Positions 14,031 to 23,758 of a DNA stretch of 34,087 bases are shown here, in pieces. Source of the DNA: Ministeria vibrans ATCC 50519 (lineage: Eukaryota; Protista; Filasterea); contig CALSCP010000352.1 in the NCBI GenBank assembly GCA_943704425.1, positions 1 to 34,087 on the forward strand, written 5' to 3'. Each line of letters opens with the position of its first letter. Position 1 is the first letter of the stretch. The notes under the pieces were generated by a model. That model did no database searches, was not told where the DNA came from, and worked only from the letters and a program-made list of their open reading frames with translations. The position numbers and the translations under genes are program-made.

Positions 14031-14795
14031 TCACAAATTACGCATGGGCGACCGTTCGTGTGGGAGAAACGTCCGTGCAGGTAAAAACACATGGTTCGTG
14101 GAAAACCGGGCGAGATTGGTCACGTCGCTCATGTACATGTCAGCAGTACGGCTCAGTCGATGCGCAAAGTACGACTGGTTCTGTACAATCAACACACACA
14201 CAGAGACAGAGAGACATAGAGACATAGAGACAGAGAGACATAGAGACAGAGACAGAGACAGAGAGAGAGACAGGCCGAGGGTAAGATTGTACGATAGGGG
14301 TATGTTGTTTTTTGTGTTGCTTTTACGTAGTGTGTTCGGAAGACAGAGCCAAACTGTTTGTTAAATTGTCCTTTGAGTTTTGCCTGAGTTTCCTTTCGAT
14401 CATTCAGCAACTACACACGCAAGGCAAGGGGGGGAAGAAAAAAAATGAACATATTTTAGTTCAAGTCAGAAGTGAAATACACGGACCGATTCAAAGAAGA
14501 CTCTGTTCAAGTGCAGCTCATCGTGCGAGAGTTGATGGTAGACACTGGCTCGAGCATCGCTGGTGACCTGTGCGCTCTTCATTGCGCGTTGTACGTCAAT
14601 GAGCCAGCGCAGTTGCTGCTGGTACTCCAATCGATTCATCTGTGTCACTTCATCGCTCACTTCCCGGATGATCGCCCCAGTCCGCCATCCCTGAGACACG
14701 CAACATATCACTGAGTGAGCGAGTCATACGGATTTAAAAATTGAAGCAACACTCACAGAACACAAATATAAGTAATAATAATAATAATAATAATA

Positions 14796-14852
<57 letters not shown>

Positions 14853-14859
14853 GTTATTC

Positions 14860-14890
<31 letters not shown>

Positions 14891-17448
14891 ATTATTATTG
14901 TTATTCTTATTATTATTATTGGTATTCTTATTATTATTATTGTTATTATTATTATAATTTATTTTTATTATTATTATTATTAACACAATAATATTATAAT
15001 AATTATATTATTTTGTCAACCAGTGCCACAATCACTCTCAGTGAGTGACGTGTATCATACACGTCACATCTCACACTCATTCAATCTACCAGTGATATGC
15101 CCACTTGGCAAACCACCTCAATATACACTATAATGCATCAAACGTTACTCTTATCGTACGAGTGTTAACGAGGGCTCGTGAAGATCGGTGAAGATCTGAT
15201 CGCCAATGTAGAGCACATGTGAGTTGGGCATTTCGTTCCATTTCGTCAGAAGCATCAAATCCCGACTGTTTCCATTTGCATACACTAAAAATCAACAAGA
15301 AAAAAATATCACAACAATAAACGAACCCAAAATGAAACCCAAAATGAAACCCAAAATGAAACGGAAAAAAGGAAAATATTATCATGACAGTAAATCAACA
15401 GTCTCGAAACAAACGCGAGAAAAGTAGAGAATAGAACACAAAAAACACCAAAACTATAAGAGAGGATTACCGTTGTTTTTCTTAATTTCAGTGACGGTGC
15501 TCCATTTGAGTCTGGGACGATCCGCTCTCGAGATGTCCAGTTGGCGAAAATACCGCGCACTCTCGTCAGATCGAAAGAACTTCGGTTTTTCCGCTGAATA
15601 ACCACATTCAAAAAGAAGAATTATTGGCGATCAATAGATGAACAAGGGCTACAAATCGTAGCTGAAGATGATTATAATGAAAGAACACCAAAAAATTAAT
15701 AAACAAGAAATTCTATTAAGAACGAGTAAACACAATCAGAAACAGAAAATGTGTCATACAAAAACGCTCAAAAATGTAGTACCGTCAACAATAACAACGT
15801 CAAAGAGATCGCGCCAGTCTGAGCCCACGATGGCACTCATTCCGCTGTTCACAAACCCAAACGGTGAATTCGTCAACAGAAACGTCTTTTTCCCTCTCTT
15901 TCCGACCTACAATATTTATTGTTATTATAATATTCTTCTTCTCTTATTGTAATTCTTATTATTATTCGTATTATTATTATTACTTCTTCGAGAAACGCTC
16001 TGAGTTTTTTGTTTGGGTTTAGGAATCTGAAAAAATGGACAGTTTACAAAAAAGAAAAAAAAATATTAATATTATGTGACTAACCGGTCGTAATCGCTCA
16101 TAATCTCGCTGTGAATAAGATGATCAGAATGGAGCTACAGATGGAAGAGACAAAGGAAACAGGGAGTGAGAGTGAGTGAAAAAAAACATGGTTCCCATAT
16201 TGAGGGTGTCCTGAACTTTCAGTCGTGTTTCAAGGTTATATTTGTCATTAGGCTGAGTATTACACTTTGCAGTATAAAGGGTGAGGGTTAGGGTACAGCT
16301 GATACCTCGTTCATGACCCGCTTGACATCCCAAAAGATGGCAGCGGGAGCAAAGCGGACAGAATTGGAAGAGAAGTACTCGACCAAATTCGCCAGAAGGC
16401 ACGCTTCGGGAAGAGAGAACAGATCTGATAGGGATTTCATATGTCCTTCCATGTACTAAAAAACTTTAAAATTAAAAACAAAAAACAATACTCTTAAGAG
16501 TGATGTGAACGTACTTCTTTGGGAATGTGGCGCCCGTTGTAGAAGCGCGTAACGTCATCTTTGGGTACGGGTTTGCGACCACAGTAGACGGTGTCGGATT
16601 GAACCTTGTGGAAGGCATCGATCTTCATGAGAAGTCCCTTGGACGTGTCGTAGTGCAGGCCGCGGATGGCAAACGACGGATCGTACGGGATGTCTCTCAA
16701 CTCGTCCGGAAACTGAATGAATCAGAGAGAGAGAGTGAGAGAGAGAGAGAGTGAGAGAGAGAGAGAGAGTGAGTGAGAGAGAAGGGAGGGAGGGAGAAAG
16801 AACAAAGTGATAGAAAGAGAGAGGAGGGAGGGAGAACAAAGCGATAGAGAGAGAGAATAAAAAGAGAAAAAGAAAACAAAGTGATGAGAGAGGAGGGAAA
16901 GAAAGAGAGATTCTTCTTTTGTTTTCTTGTCCCAGCTTTACCATGTATTTAGAGACAAGACGGTCAACGGCCATGTTGTAGAGAGCCGATGCGAGTTCGT
17001 CGGTGTAGCTCGCGAGGGTGTACTAAGAAATGATTGACAATGTCATAAGAATGATAAAAGTATCGTAATGATAAGACGTATTATATTCGATTTGTTGTTA
17101 CGTCGTAATCAAAGCCAATAATGTCTATTTTGCCCATGTCCAATTCGTTGGACACAAACACGTCGTTTGGATCGATGGGAACCGTTGAAATGCGTTTGTG
17201 GGTAACTGAGTGAGAGAGAGAGAGAGAGAGAGTCAAAATTGAGTCAGACTCAGTCTCTGCGTTGCTCGCGTTCGGTCCAACGTACAGACACTCTCGTGCG
17301 CCTCATCCAAGAATCGCTTGATCTGGCCTATCCTGGCAGCGGAGGTGGACACAGGCAGTGCCTGTGAGAAGGCGTGCGAGGTCGACGAAAACGACATGGC
17401 GAGCAGCGACGGAAAGCGGCCGACGGAATGGCGGAGCGCGCCCAACAT
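14031..17448 (-). CDS. HAD-superfamily 5'-nucleotidase domain protein (NT5DC2/3-like), multi-exon, complete, with a possible mitochondrial presequence
   Basis: Spliced motifs IIGFDYD|[75 protein letters not shown] and FLPHE. The N-terminus is Arg/Ser-rich and lacks acidic residues. Confidence 0.93.
14772..15012. repeat. (AAT)n/(TTA)n AT-rich microsatellite in an NT5DC intron
   Basis: Read directly from the sequence. Confidence 0.9.
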
Positions 17449-17680
17449 TGGTGCCTGGATGGTGCTGACTGGTCGATGGTGAGGCGGGACTCGAGAGAAA
17501 GGCGGAAAGTGAAAAAAAAAATTAAGTGACTAAATTTTCAACACAGCCTCAAGTCAGTCAACTCAGTGAAGTTAGTCAAGTGTCAAATGACAAGACGTGT
17601 CAATTGCCATGTGTATTTGGTTTTGAGTGAAGAATAAGCATAATAATTATTTTATTTATTATGATACAAAAATTTAAAAA

Positions 17681-18376
17681 TCATCGACTGGGCGAAAATT
17701 GTGCATACTGCACAAAAGTAACGAGAGTGAAGATGGAGAGTATTACCTCCAGCCCAAGCAGCACGAGCCCAATGATGCACAGAACATATTCAAGTTGGAG
17801 ACTACGGCTCGTGCGACACATGAAACATCATTAAAAATTGTTGATAGTAAGATGTGTCAATTTGTGTCAAAACTTACACATAGGTTTGCCAGAGCAAATA
17901 AAACAGATAGCACACGCATGTGCCAATGGCGAGAAGCAACCCGCTTAGCAGGGGTATTTTACGCTCGGTAAGGTTGCCTTTGGAGGTGAGAAACAGTCGT
18001 ATGCTCTCAATGAGAGCAAAGACAAAGAGGAGGAAGATTTCCGCTCCCAAACTTGCTGCTTTGTAGGGAAATACACTGCCTTTGTAGATGAAGCACAGCA
18101 TCTCAACGAGCCAGTAGAGTGCAAACCACCAGGTGTTGAAGTAAACGAGCATTTGGAGCGGCAGCGAGGCCATCTGTGTCGGCAGAAAAGGAGGATGCGA
18201 ATGTTTGATTAGGTGCACTCCGACCAGCGAAAGACGGCTATCAGACACATCTCACCACAACACCCGCACGTCCTGGGCAAGCAGCATCAGCGGCAAACAT
18301 AATACAGAAGAGCGAAGTTAGTGGGCTCTCGAAGGACACACTCACACGTCGAGACACACACAACTGTACCGGCCAT
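17681..18376 (-). CDS. TMEM216: Ciliary transition-zone transmembrane protein (TMEM216/TMEM17/TMEM80 family)
   Basis: Probable microexons 18370-18376 and 18256-18272, then SLPLQMLVYFN...KGNLTERKIPL...LLWQTYV|LQLEYVL...FSPSR*, with four hydrophobic segments. Confidence 0.85.
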
Positions 18377-18599
18377 GGAGACAACAGCAAAATAAATGAG
18401 TAAAATGAATACAAAATTAACAATGACTTGAACGTGTTCATGAGTGCGCTATACCTTTCCACACTATGGTGTTTTCATTGTAAGTTATGTTATTTGACGT
18501 GGTTCGATTTAGAACCAATGGAGAGAAGAACTCTAAGTGGAAACTTCATTGAATACTTTGGCTGAATAATTAATAATAAACTCATGAAAAGTTTAGGTA

Positions 18600-19148
18600 T
18601 TAGGGATACACCCTCTCGACTGGCATGCTTCTTGCCTCGGGCTGAAGCTGATACTCATTATGAACGCGCTCAGAAATGTCCTCGATCGACAAGATCCCTT
18701 CGAGATAATCATGGACAGCTGAGTTGCGTAACCCGATCTGGATCGCACGACGATTATCGAGCTTCCGATCGGCTGCATCGTACTCGGGATCCCACTGTAT
18801 GACGACAGGTGCGTCGCGAGTGCCGCCTGTGCTCGAGGGAACGCCAATTCCAACGATTGCATCAAAGGTCGAGCGACGAATAGAAATCGCCAAGACACAC
18901 TCCTGACCGGCTTTGTGGGCCCAGCCGGACCGGTGCATCATCCACAAGAAGCTCGGCTTGATCCAAGTCATGCGGTCGCGTGAGAAGCGCGGACAGGCGT
19001 CGAGGCGTTGATCGCGCACTGCCGCAGACGCAATGTCCCGCGCATACGCCTGGTACACGACCACCGCGTCGTCGTCGAACTGCGCTACCACAGCGCACCC
19101 TGTCACTTCAACGCGCCTGTTGCACCGCTCCCATTCAAGAGTCACCAT
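18600..19148 (-). CDS. DUF4291 family protein, intronless, 182 aa
   Basis: Motifs VVVYQAY, RMTWIKPSFLWMMHRSGWAHKAGQE.VLAI, VIQWDPE and RAIQIGL are typical of DUF4291. ATG at 19148. Confidence 0.88.
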   Translation of the reverse strand: MVTLEWERCNRRVEVTGCAVVAQFDDDAVVVYQAYARDIASAAVRDQRLDACPRFSRDRMTWIKPSFLWMMHRSGWAHKAGQECVLAISIRRSTFDAIVGIGVPSSTGGTRDAPVVIQWDPEYDAADRKLDNRRAIQIGLRNSAVHDYLEGILSIEDISERVHNEYQLQPEARSMPVERVYP

Positions 19149-19283
19149 GTGTGTTGTGAGCGCGAGGAGACGAAAGAGACAAACGAAATGATTAATGAAT
19201 TTCAAATATTCCTTCGTGTTGCGTATTTTCAAACGAAAAGACATTAAACTAATAAACTTACATTCATTCTTCAGTTTTCAGCA

Positions 19284-19875
19284 ATGTCCAAGAAATACGT
19301 GACTCTATTCTACAACGATGGCACTCTGTCCGCATTGCAGGTTTGTGACGTTTTATCGATCAATCCATTTTTTATGCGTCGCTTTTTTTTTTTTTGACCA
19401 TATTGTCTTTTTTTAACGCCCCACACTCCGAAATGGACTGTAGGCACGACCCTTCTTCATTCTGGAGTCGTGGACGATTGATATGATCCGGTCTGCATGC
19501 CACGAGCGCCTCTACGGGACCCCCAACAGCCAGGCGGCGCTGTACACGGACACGGGCATTGTTCTTGACGACTTCGCTTTCATTCCCGACCGACAGGTAA
19601 GCGTGAACCCCCCTGCGCATGCCCCCGCCCCCTCCCACACCTGTGGTGTCTGCACTGCAAGTCCCGCGACCCGTGCGCCTCCCCAAATGCCCTGTTTTGT
19701 CGTCTTGTCCCGTTCTTCCTAAACATGGTCCAATCGTTCTTTTTTTCACTACGTTCTTTTTCTTTAGTGCATCTGCGTTTCCTCGGGCGGTCCGTTTGTC
19801 CCCATCAACTATGGCAGCGCGTCGTCTGCTGCGCCTGTCGCCCAGTCGACGCTGTCGGACTTTGTGACGGCCGCA
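19284..19875 (+). CDS. Protein with N-terminal KHA/doublecortin-like ubiquitin-fold domain (resembles the KCTD9 N-terminus); 3' part not found
   Basis: Exons 19284-19340, 19444-19596 and 19768-19875, all phase 0: MSKKYVTLFYNDG...ALYTDTGIVLDDFAFIPDRQCICVSSGGPFVP. Confidence 0.65.
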
Positions 19876-19924
19876 GTACGGAGCTCGCCCCGATGCCATT
19901 TGCTCCGTCTTGCTCACACGCCTT

Positions 19925-20150
19925 CTCTCTCTCTCTCTCTCTTGAACTCTCTCTCTCTTGAACTCTCTCTCTTGAACTCTCTCTCTCTTGAACTCTCTCT
20001 CTCTCTCTTGAACTCTCTCTCTCTCTCTTGAACTCTGTCTCTTGAACTCTCTCTCTCTCTTGACCTCTCTCTCTCTTGAACTCTCTCCCATACTGATTTT
20101 TTTACTCTTGAACTCTCTCTCTTGAACTCTCTCTCTTGGAACTCTCCCAT
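19925..20150. repeat. Compound satellite [CTTGAA(CT)n]
   Basis: Same unit as the two arrays in GPCR introns. Confidence 0.95.
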
Positions 20151-20172
20151 ACTGATTTTTTTCTCTTCATAG

Positions 20173-20285
20173 AAAATGCCTCGTGGATCTTTGATGATGG
20201 GGCTACGAGCAGTGTGTTGTCATCGCCGCGCGCACCCCGTCTTGCGTTTGATGGGTGGGTTGACGATGGCGAACGACAAGTGTAG
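20173..20285 (+). CDS. Orphan phase-1 terminal exon (NASWIFDDGATSSVLSSPRAPRLAFDGWVDDGERQV*), possibly the GPCR's last exon
   Basis: Polypyrimidine-TAG acceptor at 20172, stop at 20283-20285, then an AT-rich stretch containing AATAAA. Confidence 0.5.
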
Positions 20286-20377
20286 TTGCATCATAAAAGC
20301 CCGCAATAATAAATGTATCATAATAAAATATATTGTGCTGTTTTTTCGTATTCTTCTTCTTCTACTTCCTTCAACTC

Positions 20378-20650
20378 TCGAGGCGCATAGCAGCACACTG
20401 TCTGTCATACAACGACGCCCTCGGAACAATCAGAATATCGGGTGTGCACCACTATGCGCCACTCCCTCCCCCCAAAAGGTGCTGGAGCTTGCTCCTAACA
20501 CCTAGTGCTGGCCCTTGTGCTGGCAGAGCCTTGTGTCCCTCTCAGGATATTGTGTATCTGGTGCCTATCGCGTCACTTGTCTGGCCATCAGCCAGCCTGT
20601 CTCCGCTCCCTCTCGACGCTCCCGTAGCTTAGAAAGTGGTTCTGAGCTGT
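20378..20650 (-). ncRNA. Candidate structured RNA or element end, unassigned
   Basis: GC-rich island in AT-rich flanks with four hairpins whose wobble pairs all read as G-U on the minus strand. Confidence 0.35.
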
Positions 20651-20825
20651 TTGTGTTGTCGCTTTTAGTTTGTGATTGATAATAAATTAGAAGAAGAAGA
20701 CATTTAAAAGTTGAAGAAGAAGACATTTCCAAAAACCAAAATAATACTTATTATGAATGAAAGTTGGAAACAATTAGAAGAAGAAGTCAGACATTTTTGA
20801 TGAACTTTTCATTCTTGACTCTTTA

Positions 20826-22883
20826 ATGAAACGTCTCTCATTCGATTGCAAGTGCGCCATTGTTGGCTGGTGTACACCACAAGCGGCTCTGGCTTTGTCG
20901 GGCGTCAACCACGAGTGGCGCGAAATTGTCGCGTACACAGGTTTCACAACACTGCCTCAGGCACAGGCCTCTTACGACTACACAGATGCGGCGGTTGCGT
21001 TGGAGGTTCTGCTGCGTTTGAGCACGCGGCGACCGCCCCCGAAATGGCATGGTGCGCGTCGCATGTCTTCTGAGAGTGTTCGCAATTTGCTGTCTCACGC
21101 TACAAGACGGTCGCTCTTTCGCCTCATGTCGCTCCTTGCGCAATGCGTTAATCCAGCTGCAGCCAGTTTTGCAGGTGCGTTGAAGCACGCGTTCCGTACA
21201 GGACGGACCGACATTGTCAGTGAGATTTTGTCACAGCGCGATTTGGCAATTGGAGACAGTCAGCCTTTGTTGGATTGCGCCGTGTACGCTCGTCAATGGT
21301 CGATCGGAGCGTTGATACTGGAGCATCCACGAGTGGACGTGAGTGCGAATAAGGCGATGAAGGTTGGGGACTTGTTTGAGTATACTTGCGGATTTGGCAT
21401 GGAAGAGAGAGTGGGGCGTCTTCTTCGCCAAATGGACCCGTCGACAACGAAAACGAACGGAATCGGACGCGCGAGTGAAACTGGCCAAGTGGCAGTGGTT
21501 GAACTGCTGCTGACCGATACTCGAGTTAACCCTGCCGCCGGCGACAATCATGCCATTCGATACGCCAGTCTGAACGGTCACTCAGCGGTGGTTGAACTGT
21601 TGCTGGCGGACGGTCGTGTTGATCCGTCAGCTAACAACAATTACGCCATCCGATGCGCCAGTGAGAACGGTCACTTGGCGGTGGTTGAACTGTTGCTGGC
21701 GGACAGTCGTGTTGACCCTGCCGCCAGCGACAATCATGCCATCCGATACGCCAGTCTGAACAGTCACTCGGGTGTGGTTGAACTGTTGCTAGCGGACGGT
21801 CGTGTTGATCCGTCAGCTAACAACAATTCTGCCATCCGATACGCCAGTGATAACGGTCACTTGGCGGTGGTTCAGCTGTTACTAGCGGACCGCCGTGTCG
21901 ATCCGGCAGCTACAAACAACTATGCTATCAAACTTGCAAGTTGGAGCGGCCACTTGGCAGTGGTTGAAATCTTGTTGGCGGATAGTCGTGTCGATCCGGC
22001 AGCTGACAACAATCACGCTATCCGATTTGCCAGTGCGAACGGTCACAGGGCAGTTGTTGAAACGTTACTAGCGGACAGTCGTGTCAATCCGGCAGCTGAA
22101 GGCAATTACGCCATCCGAAATGCCAGTAGGAACGGCCACTCGGCGGTCGTTGAATTGTTGCTGGCGGACAGCCGTGTCGATCCGGCTGCCGATGACAACG
22201 CAGCCATTCGATACGCCAGTGAGAACGGTCACTTGGTGGTGGTTCAGCTACTGCTAGCGGATAGTCGTGTCGATTCAGCAGTCAACTACAATAAGGCCAT
22301 TCGAGACGCCAGTGAGAACGGTCACTCGACCGTAGTTCAGCTGTTGCTAGCGGACAGTCGTGTCGATCCGGCGGCCGGTGACAATTATGCCTTCCTAAGC
22401 GCCAGCGAGAAGGGCCACGCAGCGGTGGCTCAGCTACTTCTAGCGGACAGTCGCGTCGATCCGGCAGCTGACAACAATCACGCCATCCGATTCGCCAGTG
22501 CGAACGGTCACTGGGCAGTCGTTAAACTTTTACTAGTGGACAGTCGTGTCAATCCGGCAGCTGAAGACAATTACGCCATCCGACACGCCAGTGAGAAGGG
22601 TTACTCAGTAGTGGCTGAACTGCTGCTAGCGGACAGTCGCGTTGACCCTGCCGCCGACGACAATTACGCCATCCGATACGCCAGCAAGTACGGCCACTCG
22701 GCGGTGGTTCAGATGTTGCTAGCGGACAGTCGCGTTGACCCTGCCGCCGACGACAATTACGCCATCCGATACGCCAGGAGAAACGTCTACTCCGGAGAAT
22801 ACGCCATTAGGAACGCCTACTTTGCGGTGGCTCAGCTACTCCTAGCGGATAGCCGTGTGGATCCGGCAGCCTGTTACAATTAA
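20826..22883 (+). CDS. Intronless ankyrin-repeat protein (about 15 x 34 aa) with an F-box-like N-terminus
   Basis: 685-aa ORF. Repeat consensus RVDPAAxxNxAIRxASxNGHxAVVELLLADS. The N-terminal LSFDCKCAIVGWCTPQAALALSGVNHEWREIV fits F-box spacing. Confidence 0.9.
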   Translation: MKRLSFDCKCAIVGWCTPQAALALSGVNHEWREIVAYTGFTTLPQAQASYDYTDAAVALEVLLRLSTRRPPPKWHGARRMSSESVRNLLSHATRRSLFRLMSLLAQCVNPAAASFAGALKHAFRTGRTDIVSEILSQRDLAIGDSQPLLDCAVYARQWSIGALILEHPRVDVSANKAMKVGDLFEYTCGFGMEERVGRLLRQMDPSTTKTNGIGRASETGQVAVVELLLTDTRVNPAAGDNHAIRYASLNGHSAVVELLLADGRVDPSANNNYAIRCASENGHLAVVELLLADSRVDPAASDNHAIRYASLNSHSGVVELLLADGRVDPSANNNSAIRYASDNGHLAVVQLLLADRRVDPAATNNYAIKLASWSGHLAVVEILLADSRVDPAADNNHAIRFASANGHRAVVETLLADSRVNPAAEGNYAIRNASRNGHSAVVELLLADSRVDPAADDNAAIRYASENGHLVVVQLLLADSRVDSAVNYNKAIRDASENGHSTVVQLLLADSRVDPAAGDNYAFLSASEKGHAAVAQLLLADSRVDPAADNNHAIRFASANGHWAVVKLLLVDSRVNPAAEDNYAIRHASEKGYSVVAELLLADSRVDPAADDNYAIRYASKYGHSAVVQMLLADSRVDPAADDNYAIRYARRNVYSGEYAIRNAYFAVAQLLLADSRVDPAACYN

Positions 22884-22890
22884 AAATTAT

Positions 22891-22956
22891 TGCTAGCTAT
22901 TTATCTATTTATCTATTTGCTAGCTATTTATCTATTTGCTAGCTATTAATCTATTT
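22891..22956. repeat. Short tandem repeat (GCTA/TTTATCTA units) downstream of the ankyrin stop
   Basis: tgctagctatttatctatt occurs three times with variation. Confidence 0.8.
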
Positions 22957-23059
22957 AAGTCACACCCAAGAAATACGATGCCATTGAAAAAAAAATTGTG
23001 CTCTTGCAGCGCATCCATTAAACTATCCTCGTACACCACTATGACGTGTCCAACCCCAA

Positions 23060-23618
23060 CACACCTACATTAAAACAGTCCTACACCCTCCCAGACGGCG
23101 GGCCCCCTCAGGGGTCACTCGTTAGCCATGCAAGATAAAGCATGGCGCTTGCGCGCCACCCGCGCGTACACATCCCGCGCACACATGCATCCCCCCTAGG
23201 TCACACCCTAAAAACCCACGCCAACTGAAAAAAAAAAGTGTGCCAGAATAGGCGGATAACTAAGTGACGAGGGGACGCTGACCGCGTCGTGTAAGCGGCA
23301 GAGACATCTGTTTTATGTCCATCCGCTGAGCGCACGCTGGTCACTTGGTGACGAGACACACCTACAGTAAATCAGTCCTACACCCACTATGACACACCTA
23401 CAGTAAATCAGTCCTACACCCTCCCAGACGGCGGGCCCCCTCAGGGGTCACTCGTTAGCCATGCAAGATAAAACATGGCGCTTGCGCGCCCACACACGCA
23501 CACATCCCCCCTAAGTCACACCCTAAAAACCCACGCCACCTGAAAAAAAAAGTGTGCCAAAATAGGCGGATAACCAAGTGACCAGCGTGCGCTCAGCGGA
23601 TCGACATAACAAAGATGT
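23060..23618. repeat. ~330-bp tandem repeat (two copies, the second cut by a gap) with an internally inverted hairpin segment
   Basis: 23060-23268 closely matches 23393-23582; 23304-23349 is the near-exact reverse complement of 23573-23618. Confidence 0.92.
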
Positions 23619-23626
23619 NNNNNNNN

Positions 23627-23703
<77 letters not shown>

Positions 23704-23758
23704 TTGTTCTCTCTTCCTCTCCCCCCCCTCCTCTCTCTCTTTGTCTCTCTCGTCGTAC

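Noticed and set aside
23204-23217. Telomere- or template-like ACCCTAAAAACCC
   Set aside because: It occurs once per repeat unit, with no tandem array or other telomerase RNA evidence.
23355-23421. CRISPR-like direct repeats (31 nt, period 36)
   Set aside because: Only a 5-nt spacer, two adjacent copies, no cas genes and a eukaryotic context.
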